This document shows, piece by piece, positions 10,630 through 21,330 of a stretch of DNA of 64,000 nt. The notes beneath the pieces were generated by a model that saw only the letters and a program-made list of their open reading frames with translations, was not told the DNA's origin and searched no databases. The position numbers were made by a program, and so were the translations under genes. Position 1 is the first letter of the stretch, and every line of letters starts with the position of its first letter. Source of the DNA: Caldilinea sp. (lineage in GTDB: Bacteria > Chloroflexota > Anaerolineae > Caldilineales > Caldilineaceae); assembly GCA_039810225.1 (NCBI GenBank), contig JBDHWM010000005.1, forward strand, positions 519 to 64,518. The letters are read 5' to 3'.

Positions 10630-11123
10630 CGGCGCCCGGCCTCGGCAAGGCGCAGCCGGTGGCGTTCTTCGCCCTGGGCAAAGCGGCGACGGTCGTCGTC
10701 GGTGTCGAGCAGCAGCTTCGGCACCTGCGTCGGCCGGCGGTTGGCGTCGAGCGCAACATAGACAAAGTAGGCGCTGTTCGTGTGCGTGCGCTCGCCGGTC
10801 AGCAGGTGCTCCGCTTCGACGCGCAGCTCGACCTCGATGCTCGTCCGGCCCACGTACGTAATGCGGCCGTGCACCAGCACCAGCCGGCCAAGCAGCACAG
10901 GCTGGAGAAAGGTGACCCGATCCACCGTCACGGTGACACAAGGACGCCGCGCGTGGCGCGCCGCGATGATGCCGCCGCACTCGTCGCACAGCTTGAGGAT
11001 GACGCCGCCGTGGACGTTGCCCAGGCTGTTGGAGTGTTCCGGCTGCATGAACATGGTCATGGTCAGCGCCGATTCGTCGGGCGAGCGCGGGGGCAGTGCT
11101 TCGTCGGCAGTTGTCTGCGTCAC
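10626..11123 (-). CDS. Acyl-CoA thioesterase (hotdog fold, YciA-like)
   Basis: PEHSNSLGNVHGGVILKLCD, VGRTSIEV, FVYVALD. GTG start preceded by GGAGG. Confidence 0.9.
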   Translation of the reverse strand: MTQTTADEALPPRSPDESALTMTMFMQPEHSNSLGNVHGGVILKLCDECGGIIAARHARRPCVTVTVDRVTFLQPVLLGRLVLVHGRITYVGRTSIEVELRVEAEHLLTGERTHTNSAYFVYVALDANRRPTQVPKLLLDTDDDRRRFAQGEERHRLRLAEAGRR

Positions 11124-11293
11124 GATTCCTCCGGCAATGGCTGGCCGGCAGCAAACCACCCTGCCGGTAGAAATAACGCCGTTTGCGCAGCGATGATAGT
11201 GACCCGCCCGCACCCGGCATGACTCAACATCTTACCGCAGGTTGCTCCGGCGGCGAAGGGCGCGACGCTCAGGATCGGCGCGTATGCGTCTCG

Positions 11294-12433
11294 TCACGGC
11301 AGGAAGCGAGCATAGGCGTCCAGCAGTTGGCGCGCGCTGCGCTGCCAGGTGAAGGTGGCGGCGTGCTGTAGGCCGGCCGTGCGCAACGTGGCGCGCAGCG
11401 CACCGTCGGTAGCCAGCCGGACGATGCCGTCGCGAATGCTTGCCACCTCCTCGGCCTTGACGTAGAGGGCGCCCGGACCGCCCGCCTCGGGCAGGCAGGA
11501 ATTGTCGGCGGTGAGCACGGGCGCGCCGCACGCCAGCGCTTCGACAATGGGCAGGCCGAAGCCCTCATAGAGCGACGGATATGCGAAAAACGACGCCGCG
11601 CTGTAGATCACGGGCAAATCTTCTTCAGCAATGAAGCCGGCGAAGTGCACCACATCTTGCAGCCCCAGGTCCACCACGCGCTGAAAGATCTCGTCGTAGA
11701 GCCAGCCCTTGCCGCCGCCGATGACCAGCCGGTGCGGCAGATTGGCGTCGACGCGTGCCTGGCCAAAGGCCTCGATGAGGCGGGCAAAGTTCTTGCGCGG
11801 CTCCAGCCGGCTCAGCGCAAAGATGAAGGGACTGTCGCCGATCGCATAGCGGGCACGCACGGCCTGCTCGCGCGCCGCATCCGCCACCGGGCGGAAATGG
11901 TCGTGGTCGACCGCGCCCTGCACCACGGTGATGCGCTCGGCCGGCACCTGCCACTGTTCGATCAGGTCGCGCTTCGTGTGATGGCTATCCGCAATAATGC
12001 CGTCGGCACGGCGCACGCTGCGCGGCACGACGACGTTGAGATAGCGATGCAGGGTGGGCATGGCGGCGTCAGGATAGAAGAGAAAGGCCAGGTCATGTAC
12101 CGTCAGAACTTTGCGGCGGGCGGCGCTGGGCGGCAGCACAAAATCGGTGGCATGGAGCATATCGAGCGGGCCGCCGGTAAACCAGTCGATGCGCGGGAAG
12201 GGACTATCAAGCCGGTGCCAGATGCGCACCATGTTGCGTTCGTCGATGGGCGTCGCGTGAAGCGGCAGCGGTGCGGCCCGGCGGTCCTCGTCCGTCACGT
12301 GGCCGACGACGAAGAGGCGCAGGTCGTAGCCCGGGTTGAGCTCAACCAGCGCCTTGACCTGCCCGCGGATGATGCGCCCGATGCCCGCCTGCTGGCGAAG
12401 CGCCGGGGTGTAGTCAATTGCGATGGTCGTCAA
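11294..12433 (-). CDS. Glycosyltransferase family 4
   Basis: TVHDLAF, LEPRKN, YPSLYEGFGLPIVEALACG. Confidence 0.92.
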   Translation of the reverse strand: MTTIAIDYTPALRQQAGIGRIIRGQVKALVELNPGYDLRLFVVGHVTDEDRRAAPLPLHATPIDERNMVRIWHRLDSPFPRIDWFTGGPLDMLHATDFVLPPSAARRKVLTVHDLAFLFYPDAAMPTLHRYLNVVVPRSVRRADGIIADSHHTKRDLIEQWQVPAERITVVQGAVDHDHFRPVADAAREQAVRARYAIGDSPFIFALSRLEPRKNFARLIEAFGQARVDANLPHRLVIGGGKGWLYDEIFQRVVDLGLQDVVHFAGFIAEEDLPVIYSAASFFAYPSLYEGFGLPIVEALACGAPVLTADNSCLPEAGGPGALYVKAEEVASIRDGIVRLATDGALRATLRTAGLQHAATFTWQRSARQLLDAYARFLP

Positions 12434-12527
12434 GAATTGGCTCCCCGTTCACGACCGGCATAGGACGCCCGGCTGCGACCGAACGCCCTGCACGACGGTC
12501 TACGGGCAGCAGGCCCCGGCAGCAAGC

Positions 12528-13001
12528 TTACTCCATCGAGCGGAAGGTCCACAGCCGGTTGACGGTGAAGTTCCAGAAGAGGACGACGCCAATGGCCGCG
12601 GCAAGGGCGAAGTTGTTGTTGATCGCATGCGCCAGATCCGGGTTGGAGATGGCCGACATCCAGAACGGCTCCAACAGGTGACTGACGGCCCAGAAGACGG
12701 CGGAGTTGATGGCAAGGCCAATGAGACTCACCGCGATGAACTGGCCGAGTTGGGCGCCGGCGGCGCGGCTGCGACTCTCAGGGAAGGTCCAGCGCCGGTT
12801 CAGGATGAAGTTCTGAACCACGGCGGTAGAGAAGCCGATGGCGTTGGCCAGGCGCGGGTCGAGACGCAGGCCCAGCATCAGGATATTGAAGATCGTCATG
12901 TGCGTCAACATGCCGGCCGTGCCGACAATGGCGAATTTGACGAAGCGCTTCATTTCACGCCGGTTCGAATCACTAATCGGAAGCGATTGCAGTGCACTCA
13001 A
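12528..13001 (-). CDS. GtrA family membrane protein
   Basis: RFVKFAIVG, NFILNRRWTF, WNFTVNRLWTF. Confidence 0.88.
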   Translation of the reverse strand: MSALQSLPISDSNRREMKRFVKFAIVGTAGMLTHMTIFNILMLGLRLDPRLANAIGFSTAVVQNFILNRRWTFPESRSRAAGAQLGQFIAVSLIGLAINSAVFWAVSHLLEPFWMSAISNPDLAHAINNNFALAAAIGVVLFWNFTVNRLWTFRSME

Positions 13002-14509
13002 TTTTCTACTCCAGTATGGTCAATCTGAACCAGTGCCAGCCACAGGCCGATATAGACGACCATGCCGCGCACGAACAAGTTGTCCACCAGATTGTGGACT
13101 GACAAATGAAACACAAGGCCCAATCCACCAATGGCGACCGCCGCCAGCCAGCGTCCGTCTGCCGTGCCGGCCTGCCTGGCCGCCTGTGCACGCTGCCACA
13201 AGAAGACGATGACCGTGAGCCACAGCGCCACGTAAGCCGCCAGCCCAACCAACCCACTCTCACCCAACACATTGAGGTAGATGTTGTGCGCATGGCCGAG
13301 CGCCTCTTCCCACTGCGGCAGGCGGACGGACGGATAGACGGCCGCATAATTGCCGGGCCCGACGCCAAACCACGGCGACTGTGCCCACATGCGCTGCGCC
13401 GCTACCCAGTGGGCGATCCGCTCGACCACGGAGAAATTCTCGTCGGTGACCGGCTGGCTCAGCACATCGGTCAGCCCGAAGTAGGCCGGGATGTCCTGCA
13501 CCCGCTCGACAACCGGCTGCGGCAGCGCATCGGGCGTGAAGGCGCCGAGCAATACGACCACCCCCAGCGCCAGCGCAGCCACCGCGCTCAGGATGGCTGC
13601 GCGCCGGCTACGCATCACCAGCACGACCAGCACGCCGGCCGCCGCACCCAGCCAGGCGCCGCGGCTCCAGCTCGCCAGCAGCCCCGCAGTAATGATGGCC
13701 GTCGCCGCCGCATAGAAACCGAGCCACAGGCCGGCTGCCACGCGGCCGCCGTCGCCGCCGCGGACCACGCGATCGCCAGCCCACAACGCCAGGCTCAGCG
13801 CCACCGGCAGTGCCAGCCCCAGGAATCCGCCGAACGGATTGGGCTGATCAAAGCTCCCGCTGGCCCGCATGAAACGCCCCATGATCACAAAGTATTCCGG
13901 GCCGATGCGAAAGATGAATTGATAAAGTCCCAATGCTGCCTGCGCCACGGCGGCAACAACCAGCGCCGCCGCCACCCACTGTCCGCGGCGCACAGTCAGC
14001 ATGGCCGGCACCACGAGCAGAATCACAGGCAATTCGAACCATTTTATCACTTCGCGGACGCCTTCGCCCAAATCGACGGCGAAAAACGTCGAACCAAAAA
14101 GCAGCACGGCATAGAGCATGGCCAGCGCAGCGACGGGCGACCAGCGCAGCGGCAGCGTCCGGCGTCGCGCGCCATCAACGAACCAGAGGGCAACCCCACC
14201 GGCCAACAAGAGATCTGTGGCCGTCGCGGGGCCAAGCCGTTGCGCGCTGGCAAACGGCACAAGGGCCGCCGCTGGCAGCCAGATCAACCACGGCCAGCGT
14301 ATAAGCAAGAGTGCCGCGGTGCCGCCGCCGGCCAGCAGGACGAGCCACGTCAGCGGCAGAAAGGCCAGCGCAGCGACCAGCAGTGCGCCGCTCAGCGCAA
14401 GCATGCCCCGAACGACAAGGCGCATGCCGGTGTAGGTTTCTAATTCGCGAACAGCAAGCGCAGGGCTGCTCAACTCGTCCTTGGTCCTTGTGTTTGGGCG
14501 GAGGTACAC
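12998..14509 (-). CDS. O-antigen ligase / Wzy_C family membrane protein (start uncertain)
   Basis: RASGSFDQPNPFGG, SWSRGAW, PWFGVGPGNY, HAHNIYLNVLGESG. Confidence 0.88.
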   Translation of the reverse strand: MYLRPNTRTKDELSSPALAVRELETYTGMRLVVRGMLALSGALLVAALAFLPLTWLVLLAGGGTAALLLIRWPWLIWLPAAALVPFASAQRLGPATATDLLLAGGVALWFVDGARRRTLPLRWSPVAALAMLYAVLLFGSTFFAVDLGEGVREVIKWFELPVILLVVPAMLTVRRGQWVAAALVVAAVAQAALGLYQFIFRIGPEYFVIMGRFMRASGSFDQPNPFGGFLGLALPVALSLALWAGDRVVRGGDGGRVAAGLWLGFYAAATAIITAGLLASWSRGAWLGAAAGVLVVLVMRSRRAAILSAVAALALGVVVLLGAFTPDALPQPVVERVQDIPAYFGLTDVLSQPVTDENFSVVERIAHWVAAQRMWAQSPWFGVGPGNYAAVYPSVRLPQWEEALGHAHNIYLNVLGESGLVGLAAYVALWLTVIVFLWQRAQAARQAGTADGRWLAAVAIGGLGLVFHLSVHNLVDNLFVRGMVVYIGLWLALVQIDHTGVEN

Positions 14510-14748
14510 ACTCTGCGTCCTGCCCCGTCGATGCCTCGCCGCCGAATCTCGGCAGAATGCATGTGATTAGTTGCACAATCGTACCGATCTTCTCCAGATA
14601 ACGCAATGCTATAGTACTTACAATCGTCTTGCACTTTGCGTGCGAATCCGCTGTGCGTGCGTCACTTCTGCCCGTTCCGTTCGTCAAATCAAATGTGGAC
14701 AGCGATCGCGGACGTCGCGATTCGCCGACAGCTACCAAGGAGGGGGAC

Positions 14749-17184
14749 ATGCCACAAGGCAATAGCCAAACATCTCAACGCAGGCGTCACGGGTGGCGTC
14801 TCATCTCAATCGTGCTCGTCATCGCGCTCGTCGCGCCGATGCTGGGCAGCCCCACCACGCGCGGCCAGGACGAGGCCCCGTTGGACGTGCCATATGGCCC
14901 GGTGCTTTTCTTGGTAACCGCCAGCGGCGACGCCCCGCCGGTCGATCTGCCGCCGACGACCACCGTCCACGCGCGCCTGGAGGAAGCCGACCAGGTGCTA
15001 TGGGTCGCCAGCGGCGCCACAGGCGACCCGGACACGGTTGCCGCGGCGGGCTTGCCCGTCCAGGTGCTCGATGACGATACGACCGGCGACGTCTACTATC
15101 TGGCCGACGCCACCGCGCCCGACGCGGCGGCCCTGGCGGCGACCGCCGGCACCGTGCTCTGGAGCGGCGCCATTCACCTCGTCGTGGGCACGACGGTCGA
15201 CGGCGAGTTTGCCCTCGTCGAAACGCTACCGGCGCAGGGCGTTGCGCTGACGCTCATTGCCCCGCTGCCGCTGGCGCCGCCCGGCGTCGTCGATGCGGCG
15301 GCCACCTTCCCGGCGCCCGCCGCCGCACCCGACCCGAGCATCGCCGCGCTGCTCGCCCAGATCACCACAACCGAGTTGCAAGATCTGGTCAACAAGCTGA
15401 GCGGCCAGACACCGGTCACGGTCGGCGGCGCGCAGGTGACACTCAACACGCGGTACACCTTTGCGAGCCGCATCCGCGACGCCGAGCAATTCGTCTACGA
15501 GTACTACCAGCAGTTGGGCATCCCGGTGCAATATGCCAACTGGAGCTACGGCAACTACAGCGGGCGCAACGTCGTCGCCGAAGTGCGCGGCACCACACAA
15601 CCCGACCGTGTCTATATTGTCGGCGGCCATCTCGACAGCATCTCGAATGTGCCCTATTCTAACGCGCCGGGCGCCGACGACAACGCCACCGGCACGGCGG
15701 CGACGATGGTGCTGGCGCGGCTGCTGCGCGACTACCGCCCGGCGATGACCGTACGCTTCGTCCACTTCACGGCCGAGGAACAGGGTCATTGGGGCAGCAA
15801 GGTCTATGCGGCGTCGCTGCGCCAGCGCGGCGAGCAGGTGGCCGGCTACTTCGACCTGGACATGATCGGCTGGGACGGCAACGGCGATCGCGTCGTGGAG
15901 ATCCACACGGCCTACGGGCCAAAATCCAACGCGCTGGCCGACCAGTATCTGGAGCGCAACACGCGCTACAATGTCGGTCTCACCTTCGAGCGCAAGACCG
16001 GCACGGCCAGCCGCTTCTCCGACCACGCATCCTTCTGGGACAACGACTACGCGTCCTTCCTGATCATCGAGAACTTCTTTACGGACGCGATTGCCAACGA
16101 TCGCAACCCCTACTATCACAACACCGGCGATCTGCCCTCGCGCGTCGATTTCGATTACGTGGCGCGCATCGCGCGGGTGACGATGGCCGCGCTGGTCGAG
16201 TTGGCCGGCTACAACATCGGCGCGCCACCCGCCACCCCGACGCCAAGCCCAACGCCGCCACCCACGGCCACGCCGGCGCCCACACCGACGCCCGGCCCCG
16301 ATATCTGCACCGAACTGCTCGTCAACGGCGACTTCGAGGCCGGCAGCAACTGGCAGTTCGGCTCGACGCCCTTCCCCGGCCGCTACACGACAACGGCAGC
16401 CTACACCGGCGCGCGTTCGGTGCAACTCGGCATCCCGGAGGGCAACAGCAACCGCCGCGCCTATTCGACGGTTTTCCAGCGCGTGACGATTCCCGCCGAC
16501 GCCGAGACGCCCGTGCTGCTGCGCTATGTCGAACGCACGCACGGCGCGGCCGACAACCTGGACTATCGCCAGGTCCTGTTGCTCAACAGCAGCTACGGCT
16601 ACGTCGCTCAGCTCTCGCGCAGCTATGCTGCGGGCACTGGCGAATGGACGCAGCGCACCTTCGACGTGACGGCCTATCGCGGCCGTACGCTGGTCGTCTA
16701 CTTCAATGTTTACAACAATGGCACGGGCACACAGATGTGGAGTTTCATCGATCGGGTGGAGCTTGGCACCTGCGTCAAGGCCGCGGCGCCTGAAGAACCA
16801 ACGGCGACGCCCGAGCCGACAATCACGCCGCCACTCACGCCGACGCTAGCGCTGGACGCGGCCGCGATTCAACTTGGCGCGCTCTTTGGCAGCGACCAGG
16901 TTTCGATGACCGTACGTTTGGGCGAGCAGCGCCAGGGCTTTGGCTGGCAGGCAAGCACCGACGCGACCTGGCTGCAGTTGGAACGAATCTCCGGCGTGGA
17001 CGACGAGGTGCTGGTCGCCAGGGCGCTGCCCGACGGGTTGGACGACGGCGTCTACACGACGACCGTGCGCATCAGCGCCGACGCCCTGCCCGATACAGTG
17101 GTCGAACTCCCCGCAATCTATGCGCTCGGGGATGCCGCCTATCTCTATCTGCCTTCCGTGCTGACCGAAGGTGGGAGCGAATAG
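14749..17184 (+). CDS. Secreted M28 family peptidase with PT linkers, a carbohydrate-binding-like domain and a BACON-like domain
   Basis: GGHLDS, PGADDNATG, FTAEEQG, DLDMIG, SDHASF, PYYHNTGD; signal peptide; RBS AAGGAGG. Confidence 0.88.
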   Translation: MPQGNSQTSQRRRHGWRLISIVLVIALVAPMLGSPTTRGQDEAPLDVPYGPVLFLVTASGDAPPVDLPPTTTVHARLEEADQVLWVASGATGDPDTVAAAGLPVQVLDDDTTGDVYYLADATAPDAAALAATAGTVLWSGAIHLVVGTTVDGEFALVETLPAQGVALTLIAPLPLAPPGVVDAAATFPAPAAAPDPSIAALLAQITTTELQDLVNKLSGQTPVTVGGAQVTLNTRYTFASRIRDAEQFVYEYYQQLGIPVQYANWSYGNYSGRNVVAEVRGTTQPDRVYIVGGHLDSISNVPYSNAPGADDNATGTAATMVLARLLRDYRPAMTVRFVHFTAEEQGHWGSKVYAASLRQRGEQVAGYFDLDMIGWDGNGDRVVEIHTAYGPKSNALADQYLERNTRYNVGLTFERKTGTASRFSDHASFWDNDYASFLIIENFFTDAIANDRNPYYHNTGDLPSRVDFDYVARIARVTMAALVELAGYNIGAPPATPTPSPTPPPTATPAPTPTPGPDICTELLVNGDFEAGSNWQFGSTPFPGRYTTTAAYTGARSVQLGIPEGNSNRRAYSTVFQRVTIPADAETPVLLRYVERTHGAADNLDYRQVLLLNSSYGYVAQLSRSYAAGTGEWTQRTFDVTAYRGRTLVVYFNVYNNGTGTQMWSFIDRVELGTCVKAAAPEEPTATPEPTITPPLTPTLALDAAAIQLGALFGSDQVSMTVRLGEQRQGFGWQASTDATWLQLERISGVDDEVLVARALPDGLDDGVYTTTVRISADALPDTVVELPAIYALGDAAYLYLPSVLTEGGSE

Positions 17185-17206
17185 CGCGGCACAGGGCTGC
17201 GAAATT

Positions 17207-17241
17207 GAAAAGCTCCGGCGCAGATGCCGGAGCTTTTCTTT
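17207..17241. terminator. Bidirectional Rho-independent terminator
   Basis: GAAAAGCTCCGGC-GCAGAT-GCCGGAGCTTTTC between the convergent peptidase gene and tRNA. Confidence 0.8.
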
Positions 17242-17244
17242 GAG

Positions 17245-17334
<90 letters not shown>

Positions 17335-17361
17335 ACGCGCAACTCGCCGGTGCGAATCGGA

Positions 17362-17390
17362 ATAGTAGCACAGGCCGGTGTGGCCTGCAA
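17362..17390 (-). promoter_or_regulatory. Sigma70-type promoter for tRNA-Ser
   Basis: TTGCAG-17 nt-TACTAT with extended -10 TG on the minus strand. Confidence 0.6.
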
Positions 17391-17567
17391 TTTTGCACTG
17401 GAACGCGGGAGACCCTGTCCTCCCCCGAAAACAGCCTCTTCCCGCAGAGTGCCAGCAAACCGGCCCGACCGGCTGGATGGCGCCTGACGAAGGCGCCGAA
17501 AAAATCCGACAAAAGGCGCCGGACACACGCGCCAAAATGCGATATAGTCATTACTGGTAGAGTCACC

Positions 17568-20500
17568 ATGATCAGAGACGAACACACGAATTCCTTGATG
17601 TTGCCACCATCGCCGGAACACCAGCGCCGCGGCATGATACTGGTTGCGGCTGTCCTGGTTGTCCTGCTGCTTTGGCTGTGCGCGCCTGCCGGTTCGCTTC
17701 AGGCACGGACGGGCGACGCGACGCTGGAGGCTACGTTGCAGGCGATCCTCGCCGCCCACGCCCCGCTGCCCCACGGCCAAAGCTGGATCGTCGCCGATGC
17801 GCGCCGCCACGATGATTATGCCGTTGCGGCCGCCTACCGCGCCGTGGCCAACCAATCCAGGCCGGCCGGAGGTGAACTCGTGCTGGCGTGGCGCGAGAGC
17901 GGTCGCTGGCAGGTGGCTCTTGCCAGCGATGCCGGCTATGGGGCACTGCTGACGCAAGTCCCCGACAGCCTGCTCGATGGCGGTGAGCGTGCCTGGGCGC
18001 TGGCTGCCGCCACCGTGCGCGCATCGGGCTCTGTGACCCTGACCGGCTACCGGTTGCCATGGCCGGCCGGGCAAGCGGCGCATGTAACGCAGAACTACAC
18101 CACTCACGGTACCGGCCAGATTGACTTCTGGCTGCTTGGCGATGATGTGGCTGCGGCAAAAGATGGTGAGATCGTCTATATCAACGACAGCCATACGGCG
18201 CACGGGTGCAGCATCGACTTTGCGCGCTACAACAATGTCGTGGTGATCCGCCACGCCGCCGCAGAATACACGATCTACGCCCATGTGGCGAGCGGGAGCG
18301 TGCCGGCCTGGATCAAGGACGCCTATGCCGCGCGCGGCACCGTTTCTGTAACACAGGGCACGCGCATCGCGCGCCAGGGCAACACCGGCTTTACCTGCGG
18401 CGGCGATGGGATTCACCTGCACTTGTCAACGACCGCCGGCTTTAACGTCTGGTCCGCGCCGGACAGCCAGGACGAGGACGGCGACGGCAACCGCGACGAA
18501 CTCGTCCAGACGGCGTGGGGCTCGCCTCACCAAGAGGTGGACTTTGCCGAGGCATCATATGCTGCGCTGGCGGCGTGGCCGTACGAACTCCTGTTAACCT
18601 CGCAGAATGAAGACCGCTCTTGCGCTGCGGCAGAGCGTGGCGGCGTAACGCTCTTTGCAGCCGCTGGCTGTCACGGCGATGCGCTGGCCCTGGCCGCAGC
18701 GTCCCCCTTGACGAACCTGCCCGAGCGCGGCTGGAACGACCGCGCCAGCGCGCTTGCCGTTACCCCCGGCTGGTCGGCACGCGTCTATGAGCATATCGAC
18801 GGTACTGGGGCGAGCCGGTGCGTCAGTGCCACACTGACCGATCTGGCCGGTATGCGTTTCGACGACGGCGTCACGTCACTGGCGGGCGAGATCTCGTCGC
18901 TGGCCGTCTACCATGGGAGCGCGTGCGAACCGCCACCCACCGTCGTCGAAGCGATAGCGGCGCCGGCCGCGCTCACGCTGGCAGATGGTTCCAGCCACAT
19001 CGTCACCGCGACATTGCGCACGACCTCGACGGTTGGCGTGCACTTCGGCATGCGCAGCCTGCGCCTGGAGGCAGGCCCCGGCACCCTGCTCGTCGGGGCT
19101 GTGGAAGAGGAAGCCTTCACCGACATTTCGCTGGATGCCGATAGCACGGTGAATTGGGTCGATGAGCTCACCGTGCCGGTGGAGGCAGTTATCCAGGCGT
19201 GGCGACAGGGCGTCACCACGCCGCTGGCGACGCTGCGCTATTCCGGCACCGATTCGTTGGGCCGGCCGGTCACTGCAACCGCAACGTGGCCATTGGATCT
19301 TGCGGCGTGCGGCAGCGCCGGCGAATGGAACGACAATGCCGGTCATGCTACACCGCTCGCAATGGGGAACACGGTGAGCGGGCGCCTGTGCCCCGCGGGC
19401 GACCGCGACTTCTACGCGTTCGAGGGAGACGCCGGTCAGGCGATCTGGGCAGTGGTCGAAGCGCAGCCCGGCACGCTCGATCCCGAGCTATCACTATACG
19501 CACCCGGCGTCATCACGCCGCTTGCGGTGGTCGATGACGTTGTCGGCAGCCTGGATGCGCTGCTCAGTTACACGCTGCCGGTCACTGGGACCTATGTGCT
19601 GGCCGTGACGGCATACGAGCCGGCGCCGGGCGATCCGGCCGCGCCATACACGCTGACGCTGTCGAGCACCCCGTTGACGGCACCGCCCTGCACGGCCCTC
19701 CCCAGCGGCAGCGAACCGGATGACACGCCGGCCCGGGCGCGTGCGATCACTGTCGATGGCGTCCAATTGAACGGTGGTCGCCACGTTGCCGGCGATCGCG
19801 ATTGGTTCGCATTTTCCGCGGTGGCAGGCGTCCCCTACACCATCGGAGTCGGCGGCAAGGTGACGTCGCGGGCCAGCCTCTTCGCCACGGGCACAGTCGC
19901 CCCGTTGGCGACGATCACCGCTACGCCGCCCGTCACGGCTACCGCGATCACCACGTGGACGGCGCCGGTTACAGGCTCCTACTTCATCGAGGTCAGCGGG
20001 GACGAAGCGGGCTGCGGAGCGATCTATAACCTGCAAATCATCGCCCAGGATTCCGTGCCGCCAGCCATCGACTTGCTGGTGCCTGGCTACGGCTACACGA
20101 ACACGACCTCCATACAGGTGGCGACTGTAGCGACTGACACCGGCAGCGGTGTGGACGCCTGGCGCGTGAGCGGCACGGCGGCCTTTGCCGGCGTTGCGTG
20201 GAGCGAAGTGCCGACGCAGACGCAGTGGCTGCTTTCAGCCGGTGACGGGTTGAAGACGATCTACGCACAGGTACGCGATCGGCGCGGCAACCGGTCGCAG
20301 GTCGTCACGGCGACCATCACGCTCGACACGGTGGCGCCGGAGATCGGACTCGCGCACGACGAGATGATCCTGAGCGCGCCGACGGTCAACCTGCCGCTGG
20401 TGCTGACGGCAGATGCGGCCGAAGTGCGCTGGCGCGTTGCCGGGGGCGCATGGAGCGAGTGGCAGGCACCCAGTGAGATATTCACCGTCATGCTCCCGGC

Positions 20501-20627
20501 AGGAACCGGCATCTTTCGCGTCGAAATCCAGGCCCGCGATCGGGCAGGCAACCTCTCGGCTATACGAACTTCGACCATTACGGTCGTTCCGCCCGTGCTC
20601 TTCCTGCCGATCGTGTCTGCGCCTTGA
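17568..20627 (+). CDS. Multidomain secreted M23 peptidase (M23, beta/gamma-crystallin, PPC and Ig-like domains)
   Basis: YRLPW, H..IDF, IYAHV, QGNTG, IHLH (M23); GWNDRASALAV crystallin motif; DRDFYAF and DRDWFAF PPC motifs. Confidence 0.8.
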   Translation: MIRDEHTNSLMLPPSPEHQRRGMILVAAVLVVLLLWLCAPAGSLQARTGDATLEATLQAILAAHAPLPHGQSWIVADARRHDDYAVAAAYRAVANQSRPAGGELVLAWRESGRWQVALASDAGYGALLTQVPDSLLDGGERAWALAAATVRASGSVTLTGYRLPWPAGQAAHVTQNYTTHGTGQIDFWLLGDDVAAAKDGEIVYINDSHTAHGCSIDFARYNNVVVIRHAAAEYTIYAHVASGSVPAWIKDAYAARGTVSVTQGTRIARQGNTGFTCGGDGIHLHLSTTAGFNVWSAPDSQDEDGDGNRDELVQTAWGSPHQEVDFAEASYAALAAWPYELLLTSQNEDRSCAAAERGGVTLFAAAGCHGDALALAAASPLTNLPERGWNDRASALAVTPGWSARVYEHIDGTGASRCVSATLTDLAGMRFDDGVTSLAGEISSLAVYHGSACEPPPTVVEAIAAPAALTLADGSSHIVTATLRTTSTVGVHFGMRSLRLEAGPGTLLVGAVEEEAFTDISLDADSTVNWVDELTVPVEAVIQAWRQGVTTPLATLRYSGTDSLGRPVTATATWPLDLAACGSAGEWNDNAGHATPLAMGNTVSGRLCPAGDRDFYAFEGDAGQAIWAVVEAQPGTLDPELSLYAPGVITPLAVVDDVVGSLDALLSYTLPVTGTYVLAVTAYEPAPGDPAAPYTLTLSSTPLTAPPCTALPSGSEPDDTPARARAITVDGVQLNGGRHVAGDRDWFAFSAVAGVPYTIGVGGKVTSRASLFATGTVAPLATITATPPVTATAITTWTAPVTGSYFIEVSGDEAGCGAIYNLQIIAQDSVPPAIDLLVPGYGYTNTTSIQVATVATDTGSGVDAWRVSGTAAFAGVAWSEVPTQTQWLLSAGDGLKTIYAQVRDRRGNRSQVVTATITLDTVAPEIGLAHDEMILSAPTVNLPLVLTADAAEVRWRVAGGAWSEWQAPSEIFTVMLPAGTGIFRVEIQARDRAGNLSAIRTSTITVVPPVLFLPIVSAP

Positions 20628-20715
20628 TTGGTCAACTTCTGCTACCGCAGACAATTTCGTCTGCGGTGGATCCAGGTTCAATGCTGCCGGCGTCGCCCGG
20701 CGAAAGGGATGCTCC

Positions 20716-21330
20716 ATGAAATACAGTCTCTGGTTCTTGCTGATTGCCATGCTCGCAATGAGCGCCTGTGCGCCCATCACGCCGACGGCGCAACCGGCCG
20801 CCGGCATGGCGAACCCGGCGTCCGTCTTCTGCGCGGACAATGGCGGCACCGTCGACATCCGCAACGACGCGCAGGGCGGAGAGTATGGCGTCTGCGTCTT
20901 TGCCGACGGTGGTGAGTGCGAGGAATGGGCCTACTTCCGCGGCGAATGCTCGCCAGGCCAGCCGGCCGGCGAACAAAGCACCGGTATGGCCAATCCGGCA
21001 TCCGTCTACTGTGGCGAGAATGGCGGAACGCTCGACATCCGCAAGGATGCACAGGGCAACGAGTACGGTGTCTGCACCTTCGCCGACGGCAGCGAGTGCG
21101 ATGAGTGGGCCTTCTTCCGTGGCGAGTGCAAGGCCGGCGAGAGTAGCGAAGTGATGAACATGCGCAACCCGGCTTCGGTCTTCTGTGCGGAGAACGGGGG
21201 CACCGTCGACATCCGCGAAGAAACTGACGGCAGCGTGGGCTACTGCGTCTTCGCCGACAAGAGCGAGTGCGAGGAATGGGCCTTCTTCCGCGGGGAATGC
21301 AAGGCCGGCGACGCGCCCGCACAACCGTAA
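20716..21330 (+). CDS. Lipoprotein with three DUF333 (putative hemolysin) repeats
   Basis: Lipobox MSAC; three copies of M[AR]NPASV[FY]C..NGG...G[VY]C.F.D..EC[ED]EWA[YF]FRGEC. Confidence 0.85.
   Translation: MKYSLWFLLIAMLAMSACAPITPTAQPAAGMANPASVFCADNGGTVDIRNDAQGGEYGVCVFADGGECEEWAYFRGECSPGQPAGEQSTGMANPASVYCGENGGTLDIRKDAQGNEYGVCTFADGSECDEWAFFRGECKAGESSEVMNMRNPASVFCAENGGTVDIREETDGSVGYCVFADKSECEEWAFFRGECKAGDAPAQP

Noticed and set aside
9962-10765. N-terminal extension of the 528-aa ORF 9179-10765
   Set aside because: It overlaps two real genes; the TIM-barrel protein starts at 9961.
20806-21310. DNA repeats as a diversity-generating retroelement or mobile repeat
   Set aside because: Explained by three in-frame DUF333 protein repeats; no reverse transcriptase and no adenine-specific variation pattern.
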